Positions 39,839-49,254 of a stretch of DNA of 64,000 nt are shown in pieces. The DNA is taken from contig MGDT01000004.1 in assembly GCA_001791045.1 (NCBI GenBank), positions 136,767 through 200,766 of the forward strand, given 5' to 3'. The position numbers and the translations under genes are program-made. Source of the DNA: Candidatus Uhrbacteria bacterium RIFCSPHIGHO2_01_FULL_63_20 (GTDB taxonomy: Bacteria > Patescibacteriota > Patescibacteriia > UBA9934 > GWF2-40-263). The first letter of the stretch is position 1; every line of letters begins with the position of its first letter. The notes beneath the pieces are model-generated. The model saw only the letters and a program-made list of their open reading frames with translations, did no database searches and was not told the origin of the DNA.

Positions 39839-42796
39839 ATGACCTCCCACCGCTATCCGTCACATGAGTGGCAGCGCTCAACGCGCGCGCGCCGGAAGCT
39901 GCGCCTCCCCAAGATCCGCCTGTCCAAGGCCGCCTGGCAAAACATCCTGCTCGCCGGCTCCATCCTGTTCATGGGCGGGTCCCTGTTCGTGCTCGGGCTG
40001 TTCGCGTTCGTGAGCCACGACCTGCCGGATCCCCGACAGCTCACGGACCGCTCCATCCCCGAGACCACCAAGATCTACGACCGTACGGGCGAGCACCTGC
40101 TCTACGAGATCTTCGGTTCCGAGAACCGCACGCTCGTGAAGCTGCAGGAAGGGTTCTGCGACATGCAGACCGAGATGGAAACCGACGGGAACGGCATCCC
40201 GCGGTACGCCGTGCAAGCCACCATCACGGCCGAGGACCGCAAGTTCTGTTCGCACGGCGGGTTCTCGGTCACCGGGCTCATGCGCGCGGTCCTGTTCGCC
40301 GGCTCCCGCGGCGGAGGCTCGACCCTCACTCAGCAGCTCGTGAAGAACGCCATCTTGAGCAACGAACGTTCGCTCACCCGCAAGGCCAAGGAGCTCATCC
40401 TGTCGCTCGAGCTCGAACGCCGGTACTCGAAGGACGAGATTCTCCAGATCTACTTCAACGAGATCCCGTACGGTTCCACGTACTACGGCATCGAGGCGGC
40501 CAGCCAGAACTTTTTCGGCAAACACGTAAGCGAACTGTCGCTCGCGCAGGCCGCGACGCTCGCCGCGCTCCCGCAGGTCCCCACCTTCTACATCAACAAC
40601 CCCGACCGGCTGAAGGCGCGCCGCGATTGGATCCTCGACGGGATGGCCGACATGGGGTTCGTGACGCGCGAGGAAGCGGACGCGGCGAAAGGCGAGGACA
40701 CGACGCTCGAAGACACGGTCGCCAACATCCAGGCGCCGCACTTCGTGTTCTACGTGAAGCAGCAGCTGGAGGAAACATACGGCCAGCGCCTGGTCGAAGA
40801 GGGCGGCCTCAAGGTCATCACCTCGCTTGATTACGACAAGCAGTTGATTGCCGAAGAGGAGGTCGTGCGCGGGGTCGAGGAGCGCGGGGAGGCGTACAAC
40901 TTCAACGACGCGGCGCTGGTCGCGACGGACCCCAAGACCGGGCAGATCCTGGCCATGGTCGGATCCGCGGACTATTTCGACGAATCGATCGCGGGACAGG
41001 TGAACGTGGCCGACCGCCCGAGGCAGCCCGGGTCGAGCTTCAAGCCGATCGCGTACGCGAAAGGGTTCGACCTCGGCTACACGCCCAACACCGTGTTGTG
41101 GGACGTGAACACCACCTTCCCGACCGCGACCGGCGACTACGCCCCCAAGAACTACGACCTGGGCGAGCGCGGTCCCATCCGCGTGCGCGAGGCGCTGCAG
41201 GGCTCCCTCAACATCCCGGCCGTGGAGATGGTGTATCTGGTCGGGGTCGAGAACGCGCTCTCCTTCGCCGAGGCGCTGGGCTACGCCACGTTTGGCGACC
41301 GCTCGCGCTTCGGGCTCTCCATCGTGCTGGGCGGGGCCGAGGTGAAGCTCACCGAGCACGTAGGCGCCTACGGCACCTTCGCGAACGACGGCGTGCGCAT
41401 GAGCCAGGTGTCCATCCTGAAGGTGGAGGATCCAAAGGGGACCGTGCTTGAGGAATGGAAACCGGGCGAGGGAACCAAGGTGACGGAGCCCAACGTGGCG
41501 CGCCTGATCTCAAACGTGATGTCCGACAATGCCGCCCGCGCCTACGTGTTCGGGCTCAACAACGCGCTCGTGGTGGGCGGACGCCCGGTGGCGGCCAAGA
41601 CCGGGACCACGAACGACTACCACGACGGCTGGACCTTGGGGTACACCCCATCGCTCGCCGCCGGCGTGTGGACCGGCAACGCTGATAACGAGGCGATGAC
41701 GCGCGGCGCGGACGGGAGCAAGATCGCGGCCCCCATCTGGAACGCCTTCATGCGCCGCGCGCTCGACGGGACGCCGGTCGAGGCGTTCCCGGCCCCGGAG
41801 GTCGCGATCACGGGCAAGCGCATGCTCGACGGCGACCTCGCGGGCACCACCGTGACCGTGGACCGGGTGACGGGAAAGCTCGCGACCGAGTACACCCCAC
41901 CCTCCACGCGCGAGAGCCGCACCTACGCCGAATACCACTCCATCCTGCATTACGTGGACCGCGCCGACCCGCTGGGCCCCGCGCCGACGGACCCCGCCCG
42001 CGATCCCATGTACGCCCCTTGGGAAGCGGCGCTCGCCGATTGGCTTGCCCGCAAGGAGGCTGAGACCGGCATCAAGGTGACCAACGCCACGCCGCCCACC
42101 GAATACGACGACGTGCACGTGCCGGACAACTTCCCGTCGGTGACCATCGAATCGCCCAGCAGCGGGACGACGGTCACGAGCCGCGAGATCGACGTGTCCG
42201 TGAACGCGTTCGCGCGACGCGGCGTCTCACGGGTCGAGGTGTACTTGGACGGGTTCTTCCTGGGGTCCGACGCGTTCGCGCCCTACACCGTCCGTACCCG
42301 CATCCCGGACACGATCGGACGCGGGTTCCACACGCTCAAGGCCGTGGCCTACGACGACGTGGAAAACAGCGGCTCGGACACGGTGGGCATCCATGTGGAG
42401 AGCGACGCGCAGGCATCGGGCTTCGACATCCTGGACCCCAAGAACGGACAGACCATCGAGAAGAACAGCCAGACCTACTCGATCGCCGTGAACCTGAAGA
42501 ACCCCACCGACTACCACTCGGTCACGGTGTACGCACGACCCTCCGGAGCGGGCGATCCGCATGTGGTCGGGACCAAGACGGATCCCTCCTCGCCGTTCCT
42601 CACCTTCGAATGGACGCTGCCCAACGACGGCGACTGGGTGATCTCCGCCTCCGCCATCCGCGTGCGGGACGGCGAGCGCGTGGACACCGCCGGGATCGTG
42701 GTGCATGTGGTGACGCCTTCTGGCATTATCCCGCCCCCGTCCGGCGACGGCACCACCCCACCCCCACCGCTCCCCGACATCAACCCGTTCAACTAA
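39839..42796 (+). CDS. class A penicillin-binding protein (PBP1A-like) with C-terminal Ig-like domains
   Basis: AEDRKF, GGSTLTQQ, RKAKE, PGSSFK, SLN, KTGT. Confidence 0.93.
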   Translation: MTSHRYPSHEWQRSTRARRKLRLPKIRLSKAAWQNILLAGSILFMGGSLFVLGLFAFVSHDLPDPRQLTDRSIPETTKIYDRTGEHLLYEIFGSENRTLVKLQEGFCDMQTEMETDGNGIPRYAVQATITAEDRKFCSHGGFSVTGLMRAVLFAGSRGGGSTLTQQLVKNAILSNERSLTRKAKELILSLELERRYSKDEILQIYFNEIPYGSTYYGIEAASQNFFGKHVSELSLAQAATLAALPQVPTFYINNPDRLKARRDWILDGMADMGFVTREEADAAKGEDTTLEDTVANIQAPHFVFYVKQQLEETYGQRLVEEGGLKVITSLDYDKQLIAEEEVVRGVEERGEAYNFNDAALVATDPKTGQILAMVGSADYFDESIAGQVNVADRPRQPGSSFKPIAYAKGFDLGYTPNTVLWDVNTTFPTATGDYAPKNYDLGERGPIRVREALQGSLNIPAVEMVYLVGVENALSFAEALGYATFGDRSRFGLSIVLGGAEVKLTEHVGAYGTFANDGVRMSQVSILKVEDPKGTVLEEWKPGEGTKVTEPNVARLISNVMSDNAARAYVFGLNNALVVGGRPVAAKTGTTNDYHDGWTLGYTPSLAAGVWTGNADNEAMTRGADGSKIAAPIWNAFMRRALDGTPVEAFPAPEVAITGKRMLDGDLAGTTVTVDRVTGKLATEYTPPSTRESRTYAEYHSILHYVDRADPLGPAPTDPARDPMYAPWEAALADWLARKEAETGIKVTNATPPTEYDDVHVPDNFPSVTIESPSSGTTVTSREIDVSVNAFARRGVSRVEVYLDGFFLGSDAFAPYTVRTRIPDTIGRGFHTLKAVAYDDVENSGSDTVGIHVESDAQASGFDILDPKNGQTIEKNSQTYSIAVNLKNPTDYHSVTVYARPSGAGDPHVVGTKTDPSSPFLTFEWTLPNDGDWVISASAIRVRDGERVDTAGIVVHVVTPSGIIPPPSGDGTTPPPPLPDINPFN

Positions 42797-42845
42797 ATAG
42801 AAAAACCGCACCTGGGAAGATGAGATTCTTCCTGGTGCGGTTGCG

Positions 42846-43238
42846 TCAGTCTGCGTCGGCTTCGGCGACGGCGGGCTCGCTCTCGAGCTCCTCGTCCTCG
42901 TCGTCCGGGTCGTAGAAGTCGCCGGGGAAGTCGCGCCGGTTCTCTTCGTCGATGGCTCGTTCGTAGGCCGTAAGGCTCTTGTCCTTGCGCGTGCGCGGAT
43001 CTGGAATCGTTTCCCAGGCTCCGTCCTCGGCCTTTCGCTCGAACTCATGGTCGAAGCGGATGCATCCGTCCTCGACCTCGTTGTGACCCAGAGGGTCGGC
43101 GCCGAAGACGCTGCTCGGCGGATACTTCCTCGAGAGATCGTCCAAATCAGCTCCCTCCCAAATCACCTTGGTGGTCACGTCCCTCTTTCCCTGAAGAAAA
43201 TCGACAGTCGTGACCTGATTCACCCGATAGGTGGTCAT
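42846..43238 (-). CDS. acidic hypothetical protein
   Basis: AAGGAGG RBS, own promoter, acidic tail. Confidence 0.7.
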   Translation of the reverse strand: MTTYRVNQVTTVDFLQGKRDVTTKVIWEGADLDDLSRKYPPSSVFGADPLGHNEVEDGCIRFDHEFERKAEDGAWETIPDPRTRKDKSLTAYERAIDEENRRDFPGDFYDPDDEDEELESEPAVAEADAD

Positions 43239-43275
43239 GCTCTCCTCCTTCACTCTGGATTTGAAAGACGAGCTG

Positions 43276-43304
43276 AGACTACCAGAAAATCGGCCTTTTG
43301 TCAA
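43276..43304 (-). promoter_or_regulatory. sigma70 promoter (extended -10)
   Basis: TTGACA-17 bp-TAGTCT. Confidence 0.65.
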
Positions 43305-43320
43305 TGATTGCAGGCCAAGG

Positions 43321-43350
43321 CAAAAACGACCGGGAGACCGGTCGTTTTTG
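43321..43350. terminator. bidirectional intrinsic terminator
   Basis: CAAAAACGACCGG-GAGA-CCGGTCGTTTTTG. Confidence 0.8.
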
Positions 43351-43441
43351 TTTGGGTATTGCTTCGGGCCTCGTCAAATTACTGCCCTAAACATGCCATC
43401 GCAGGTGTTGCCACACGGGAAAATCTTGGCTCAAAAACCTT

Positions 43442-43557
43442 CTTCCGTCAAACGCCGATGACCGTGGACCTGCAGGGAATCGAACCCTGACCCCGCGATG
43501 TGGCAACACCCGGAATGGACCAACCCAGGCCCACGGATATCGACGCTCGAACGAAAA
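43442..43557 (-). ncRNA. tRNA-like structured element (Ala-type acceptor, T-arm, no D-stem) in a long extended stem
   Basis: GGGCCTG...CAGGGTTCGATTCCCTG-CAGGTCC-A; core 43465-43532. Confidence 0.5.
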
Positions 43558-43644
43558 ACCCGCTCCCTTTCGGGGCGGGTCGTTCTTCGTTAGTGTCATT
43601 TAACCACAAGTCGGTCGGAAAGTCAATCGGTGGTTGTGGACAAC

Positions 43645-44778
43645 CTATTGTTTGATCGGCATCACGATGTACAGGTAGTTCGATCCTTCGGCTGGCTGGA
43701 TCACGCACGGGTTCCCCGCGTCGATCATCTTGAATAACACCTGGTCGCTGCCCATAGCGTTCAGGCCATCGAGCAAATAACGGTAGTTCACAGTCACCTT
43801 GTTTTCGTTGCCGGTCGCGTCCGCCTCGCACTCGGCGGTGTTTTCGCCGCGGGCCGCGTCGGTGGCCTTCACTCGGAGCTTCTTGGCGGCTGGATCGAAC
43901 TCAAGCGTGACGTCGAACAGCCCGGTGCGGGAGAACAAGCTCGCGGTCTTCACGGCCTTCGCGAAGTCGTCACGGTCGAGTACCGCCTGGGTTTGGAAGG
44001 ATTTCGGGATGATCTGGCGGTAATCCGGGTAGTTCCCGTCGATGAGGCGCGAGACGAGCTCGACGCTTCCGTAGCTGAAAACGGCCTGATTATCAGAGAG
44101 CTTGAGGATGATCTCGGTCGGGGCTTCGACTTCGTCCTTAAACACGGCCAGGATGCGGTTCACCTCCCCCAGGGTGCGGGATGGGATGATGAACGAGCTA
44201 TCGCCCTCCACGGAGCCTCCTGGGAGCTTGAGGGATGCTTCGGCGAGCCGATAGGAGTCGGTGGCGGCCAGCGTGAGGGACGGATTCGTCCCGGCCTCGA
44301 ACCGCACGGACACGCCGGCGAGCTCGGGGCGCGACTCGTTGGTCGCGACCGCGAACAACACTTGCGAGAGCGCTTGCCGGAACGACTCGACGGGGATGCG
44401 ATACGCTCGGGTGGCGGACACTTCGGGGACGAGCGGGAACTCGGAGGCCGGAAGTCCGTTCATGCGCGTCTTGTTGCCGCCGCAGCTCACGGCGAGCGCG
44501 GCGCCGGATCCTTCCACGGTCACCGTCTCATTGGGAAGCAGCGACACGTAGTCGAAGAAGAGTTTGGACGGGACCGTGAACTCGCCGCCGGATTCCACTT
44601 TTCCGCGCACGGTGCAGGAGACCGCGATTTCCAAGTTCGTCGTCGTGAACCTGATCGTCCCGCCGTCGGCTTTCACGAGCACGTTCTGCAACACCGGGAG
44701 GTTCACGTTCTTCGAGGTGAGGTGGCTCGTGATCGAAAGACCCTGGCGCAGGTTCTCCCTCGTACAGGACAGTTTCAT
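43645..44778 (-). CDS. dnaN: DNA polymerase III beta clamp
   Basis: TTNLEI, ATDSYRL, SRLIDGNYPDY, YIVMPIK; downstream of dnaA. Confidence 0.97.
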   Translation of the reverse strand: MKLSCTRENLRQGLSITSHLTSKNVNLPVLQNVLVKADGGTIRFTTTNLEIAVSCTVRGKVESGGEFTVPSKLFFDYVSLLPNETVTVEGSGAALAVSCGGNKTRMNGLPASEFPLVPEVSATRAYRIPVESFRQALSQVLFAVATNESRPELAGVSVRFEAGTNPSLTLAATDSYRLAEASLKLPGGSVEGDSSFIIPSRTLGEVNRILAVFKDEVEAPTEIILKLSDNQAVFSYGSVELVSRLIDGNYPDYRQIIPKSFQTQAVLDRDDFAKAVKTASLFSRTGLFDVTLEFDPAAKKLRVKATDAARGENTAECEADATGNENKVTVNYRYLLDGLNAMGSDQVLFKMIDAGNPCVIQPAEGSNYLYIVMPIKQ

Positions 44779-44779
44779 A

Positions 44780-45085
44780 TCAGGTCGGTGTCGGGTCGTT
44801 CACTCGTTAACCGTTGTTAAGAGTTTAGAGAAAGATATATATCCAGTGACAACGATAAGGGATGTGTACAAGGGGGATAGGTCTGGAACAGGCCTTCGTT
44901 GAGCGGAAATTCGCCTGTGAGAAACGGGGACGAACGGGTGTGGATCGCTCGGGAGGAATTGCGGATGGATCGGTGTGGGCCGTTGAGCACGAGAAGTGTC
45001 CACGTTCCGTTCCCTTATCTCCCCCCACCTTCACGGACGATATTTCCTCCGTCTGTCCACCATGGGAGAGATGTGGACAAGCCGT
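44780..45085. promoter_or_regulatory. dnaA-dnaN intergenic region, possible oriC part
   Basis: AT-rich stretch at about 44805-44860 and degenerate DnaA boxes (TGTGGACAA near 45072). Confidence 0.45.
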
Positions 45086-46477
45086 TCAAAGCGCGTACAG
45101 CTTTTGTTTGATGAGTTCGATGTCGTGCTGAAGCTTTTCGTCCTCGTTCAAACAGGTGCAGATCTTGTCGTACGCGTGCATGGCCGTGGTGTGATCGCGC
45201 CCACCAAGCTCCATGCCGATGGAGGGATAACTCGACTTCATTTCCTCGCGCAGGAGGTACATGACGATCTGGCGCGGGAAGGCGAGACGCTTCTCGCGGC
45301 TCTTCCCGAGCAGGTCGTCCACGTTCAGGTCGAAGTATCCGGCGACCGTCGCGATCACCTGTCGCGGGGTGAGCGTCTTCTTGTTCGTGTTCGGGCTGAA
45401 GCTCGTGAGAATCGGTTTCACGCTTTCGACCGTGGGCGGGATGTTCTTGAACTGGTGGAAGGCGATGAGCTTGTTGAGCGCCCCTTCGAGCTCGCGCACG
45501 TTCGTCTGCACGACGCTCGCCACATGGTGGAGGATCTCGCGGTCGAGCGCATAGTTCTTTTCCCGGCACTTGGCCTCTAAAATGGCCACGCGCGTCTCGA
45601 AATCCGGGCTCCCGACGTCGGCCATCATCCCGCATTCGAACCGCGAAATGAGCCGTTGTTCAAGCTCGGGGATGGCCTTTGGCGGGCGGTCCGAGGTGAT
45701 GACGATCTGCTTGTTGCTTTGGTAGAGCTGGTTGAACGTGTGGAAGAACTCCTCCTGCGTGCCATCCTTCCCCTTCAGGAATTGGATGTCGTCGATGAGC
45801 AGGAGGTCTACCTGGCGGTATCGGTCCTTGAACTGTTTCATCTGGCCGCTGCGCACCGAGGAGATGTAATCGTTCGTGAACCGCTCGCAGGTGACGTACA
45901 ACACGTTCAGATTGGGGTTTTTGCGCACCAATTCGTTGCCGACGGCCTGGATCAGGTGGGTTTTCCCAAGCCCCACCCCTCCGTAGATGAACAACGGGTT
46001 GTACACCCCGCCCGGTTGGGCGGCCACGGCCTGCGAGGCGGCGTGCGCGAGCTCGTTTTGCTTCCCCACGATGAACGTGCCGAACACGTATTTGCCGTTC
46101 AGCGTGAATTCCCCGCTTTGCGGCTGGTTCGCATGGATGACGGGCGCGGCCGCGTCTTGGGCGGGCGCGGCCACATAGGCCGGTTCTTGGGCCGCGGCGA
46201 CCGGGACGGCCATGCTCGGGGCCGGGACGCGGGCTTCCACCCGGTAGGAGATCACACGGACCGTGTGATTGGTGAGGTTTTGGAGGCAATTGAGGATGTC
46301 GCGATGGTATTTCTTCTCAAGCCACGCCTTGGTGAAGGCGTTTGGGACCCCGATGCACACTTCGGTGCCTGCCTGGGAGGCGATGAACGTGTTCCTGAAC
46401 CAGGTGGTGAAATTCGCTTTACTGAGCGACAATTCCAGCTCACCAAGCACCGCCTGCCACAGCTCGTGGGTGGTCAT
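45086..46477 (-). CDS. dnaA: chromosomal replication initiator DnaA
   Basis: YNPLFIYGGVGLGKTHL, LLIDDIQF, QEEFFHTFN, GGRDHTT. Confidence 0.98.
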   Translation of the reverse strand: MTTHELWQAVLGELELSLSKANFTTWFRNTFIASQAGTEVCIGVPNAFTKAWLEKKYHRDILNCLQNLTNHTVRVISYRVEARVPAPSMAVPVAAAQEPAYVAAPAQDAAAPVIHANQPQSGEFTLNGKYVFGTFIVGKQNELAHAASQAVAAQPGGVYNPLFIYGGVGLGKTHLIQAVGNELVRKNPNLNVLYVTCERFTNDYISSVRSGQMKQFKDRYRQVDLLLIDDIQFLKGKDGTQEEFFHTFNQLYQSNKQIVITSDRPPKAIPELEQRLISRFECGMMADVGSPDFETRVAILEAKCREKNYALDREILHHVASVVQTNVRELEGALNKLIAFHQFKNIPPTVESVKPILTSFSPNTNKKTLTPRQVIATVAGYFDLNVDDLLGKSREKRLAFPRQIVMYLLREEMKSSYPSIGMELGGRDHTTAMHAYDKICTCLNEDEKLQHDIELIKQKLYAL

Positions 46478-46611
46478 AGCATCAAGAGAGGTTCCTCCTT
46501 AAGTCCGTCTAGCGCTCCGTAGTGTAGTGCAGCTATCCACATGGGGGCAAGTGTGCGGACAGAGGGGAAAACGGTTGATAAGTTGTGGACGGGGTGTTAG
46601 GCTGTCCGGGT

Positions 46612-46764
46612 ATGAAAAGGACCTACCAACCAAAAAAGGCCCGGCGCGCGAAAGTGCATGGGTTCCGCGTCCGATCCCGCTCCCGCAGCGGCCGCAAGGT
46701 TCTGGCCGGCCGCCGAGCCTCGGGACGCAAGCGCGTAAGCGTGCAGAAGAAAAAGCTTAAATAG
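46612..46764 (+). CDS. rpmH: 50S ribosomal protein L34 (below the ORF-track length cutoff)
   Basis: [19 protein letters not shown]...[24 protein letters not shown]. Confidence 0.95.
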   Translation: MKRTYQPKKARRAKVHGFRVRSRSRSGRKVLAGRRASGRKRVSVQKKKLK

Positions 46765-46766
46765 AT

Positions 46767-47105
46767 ATGCTGTCGGCGAAGCATCGGCTCCGCCACGAGA
46801 AGGATATCAAAGCGCTCTTCGCCGAAGGCAAGGGCGTTTTTGATGCGGTGTGCGGGTTGAAGTATCGCAAGAACGGCCTGTCGGACTCGCGTTTCGCCGT
46901 CGTGGTCGGCACGAAGGTGTCGAAGTCGGCCGTGGATCGCAACAAGGTGCGTCGGCGCATCCGTTCGGTGCTCGAAGCGAGGATGGATGCCATCAAGCCC
47001 GGATACGACGTGGCGTTCCTGGTCCGCCCCGGAGCGATCAAGAAGGATTTCAAGGCGATCGAAACGGCCGTCGTGTCCTCGCTCACGCGCGCGAAGCTGT
47101 TGTGA
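46767..47105 (+). CDS. rnpA: RNase P protein component
   Basis: RFAVVVGTKVSKSAVDRNKVRRR. Confidence 0.93.
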   Translation: MLSAKHRLRHEKDIKALFAEGKGVFDAVCGLKYRKNGLSDSRFAVVVGTKVSKSAVDRNKVRRRIRSVLEARMDAIKPGYDVAFLVRPGAIKKDFKAIETAVVSSLTRAKLL

Positions 47106-47350
47106 AGACCTTGTTCGTCTGGATCATCAAGGGATATCAGGCGACCCTCTCCCCGGATCATGGACCCTTGCGGGCGTTCCATCCGTACGGATACTGCAAA
47201 TTCCATCCGACCTGTTCGAGCTACGCGATCGAAGCGATCGGACGGTTCGGAGCGGCAAAAGGAGGCTGGTTTGCCATGAAACGACTGATTCGATGCCATC
47301 CATGGTCCTCGGGTGGGATCGACGAGGTTCCCAAACAAAAAACGGCCTAA
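47102..47350 (+). CDS. yidD: membrane protein insertion efficiency factor YidD
   Basis: CKFHPTCSSYA, RLIRCHPW..GG.D; GTG start overlaps the rnpA stop. Confidence 0.92.
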   Translation: MKTLFVWIIKGYQATLSPDHGPLRAFHPYGYCKFHPTCSSYAIEAIGRFGAAKGGWFAMKRLIRCHPWSSGGIDEVPKQKTA

Positions 47351-47592
47351 TCCGGCCGTTTTTTCGTTCCTTCGGGGAGCCGTACCTGTTTCATCCTTGT
47401 CGAGGCGCCTCGGACGAGCTCGATGGAGGAGCGAGGGATGCCGAGTTCGTCTGAGAGCAGTCGTAGGACCGCCTCGTTGGCCTTTCCCTTCTCCGGCGGC
47501 GCGGTCACCTCCACCTTTACCGTCGTGTCGTCCAACCATGAGACGATCCGAGTCGCACGCGCGTTTGGTTTCACATGTATCGTGATGATCAC
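47347..47592 (-). CDS. DUF167/YggU family protein
   Basis: VKPNA, APPEKGKAN, G.STR.K. Confidence 0.9.
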   Translation of the reverse strand: MIITIHVKPNARATRIVSWLDDTTVKVEVTAPPEKGKANEAVLRLLSDELGIPRSSIELVRGASTRMKQVRLPEGTKKRPD

Positions 47593-48386
47593 ATCTTCCG
47601 TTTGCGGCGCTCGGCACGGATGGTGCTCACGATCTTTTCGTGGATCACCCGGTTGCTCGCTACCAGGTCATCGCTCGTGATGAGCCACGGGTTCCCATCA
47701 TACGTGGTCACCTTTCCGCCCGCCTCGCGCACGAGCAGCACGCCCGCAGCGGTGTCCCATGGCTTGTCGCCGGTCAGGATTACGCCGTCGGCGCGCCCGG
47801 CAGCGACCATGGCGAGCATGATGGCGGCGGTGCCGAGCCGGCGGAAGTAGGGCATGGAGAGCTCAAGCGCGGTCACGATGTTGCGATGCGTCTCGCGGTC
47901 GCGATTGCGGTACCCGCGTCCGGCCAAGAACAGCGCGCCATGCGCCACGGAGCGCTTCGACACGCGAATGCGTTTCCCGTTGAGATACGCCCCCTTTCCC
48001 TTTTCGGCCGTGAACAGCTCGTCGTGGGTGGGATCATAGATGACGGCGAGCTCGGGAATCCCCTTGCGGATCCGGGCGATCGCCACCGCGAACAGCGGGA
48101 TCCCGTTGATGTAGTTCGTGGTCCCGTCGAGCGGGTCGATGATCCAGGTGGCCCCGTCGCCGATCTCAAGCGGCGCCCGGTCGGATTCCTCGCTCAAGAG
48201 GTGATCGTCGGGGAACGCGTCCGAAAGCCGACGCAAAATGAGCCTGTTGCTGGCCAAATCCACCTCCGACACCGGACCGCCCTGCGCCTTGTATCGCACG
48301 CGGTTCCCGTTCTTGTGGAAGTGCTTCTTGAGGATGGCGCCAGCGTCTTTGGCGGCTTTTACGGCGACGCGGAGTTCAGGAGACAT
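47589..48386 (-). CDS. inositol monophosphatase family (SuhB-like)
   Basis: SEE, WIIDPLDGTTNY, PWDTAAG. Confidence 0.92.
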   Translation of the reverse strand: MSPELRVAVKAAKDAGAILKKHFHKNGNRVRYKAQGGPVSEVDLASNRLILRRLSDAFPDDHLLSEESDRAPLEIGDGATWIIDPLDGTTNYINGIPLFAVAIARIRKGIPELAVIYDPTHDELFTAEKGKGAYLNGKRIRVSKRSVAHGALFLAGRGYRNRDRETHRNIVTALELSMPYFRRLGTAAIMLAMVAAGRADGVILTGDKPWDTAAGVLLVREAGGKVTTYDGNPWLITSDDLVASNRVIHEKIVSTIRAERRKRKM

Positions 48387-48398
48387 AGCTAAACCAGC

Positions 48399-49235
48399 TT
48401 ACGCCGAGCGGAATTCCTTGAGAAGACGCAGGTCTTCGCTCACCCCGTCGTCCCAAGGGGTCTCGAGGATGAGGTTGATATGCTGCAGTTCCTCCAATCC
48501 GACGATGGATTTGAACCCTTCCAGCCCGATTTTGCCCTTTCCCAGGTGTTCGTGGCGGTCTTTATGGGCCTCGAAGTCCACAAGCGAGTCATTGCAATGG
48601 CTCATCACGAGCTTTTCGAGTCCGACGACGCTGTCGAACTCGGCGAAGGTCGCGACCACCGCCTCCGGCGTCCGAAGATCGTATCCCGAGGCGAAGGCGT
48701 GCTGCGTGTCAAAGCACACGCCGATCTCCTTCCCGCGCTTAGCCCCGTCCAAAAACGCCGCGATCTCCTCGAACGAGTCGCCCATCACCGCTCCGGCGCC
48801 AGCGGAAATTTCCGCGAGCAGCTGACACTTCCCCGTGTAGCCGTCGAGGATCTTGTCGAGACCTTCGATGACCATCTCGATCCCCTTCTCTTGCCCCACG
48901 TCTTTCGCGGATCCCGGATGGAACATGACCGCGTCGCACCCGAGCGCGCTCCCGCGCTCAAGCTCGTCGCGGATGATGGATACCGACGAGTGGCGGATGC
49001 GCGGCTCGGCCGAGGCGAGGTTCACGAAATACGGCGCATGGATGTAGGCCGCCTTCTGCCCATGCTCCTTCATGGCGTCCGTGAACCGCTTGGCGACGTC
49101 GGCCGTGATCGGAGAGGGCTTCCCGCCCTGCGGTGGCCGGGAAAACATCTGGAAGCATTCGCATCCCAATTCCGCCGCATTCTTGGGTGCGTTCCACAAT
49201 CCCCCCGCCGCCGAGACATGAGCGCCGAACAACAT
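48399..49235 (-). CDS. nfo: endonuclease IV
   Basis: GAHVS.AGG, HAPY, FHPGS, DTQH, H.NDS, DRHE, ILETP. Confidence 0.95.
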   Translation of the reverse strand: MLFGAHVSAAGGLWNAPKNAAELGCECFQMFSRPPQGGKPSPITADVAKRFTDAMKEHGQKAAYIHAPYFVNLASAEPRIRHSSVSIIRDELERGSALGCDAVMFHPGSAKDVGQEKGIEMVIEGLDKILDGYTGKCQLLAEISAGAGAVMGDSFEEIAAFLDGAKRGKEIGVCFDTQHAFASGYDLRTPEAVVATFAEFDSVVGLEKLVMSHCNDSLVDFEAHKDRHEHLGKGKIGLEGFKSIVGLEELQHINLILETPWDDGVSEDLRLLKEFRSA

Positions 49236-49254
49236 AGGTGTTCGCGTTTCGCCC

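Noticed and set aside
43465..43532. Canonical tRNA or full tmRNA call
   Set aside because: No D-stem, no 7-nt anticodon loop, no CCA and no recognisable tag reading frame. Kept only as a tRNA-like candidate.
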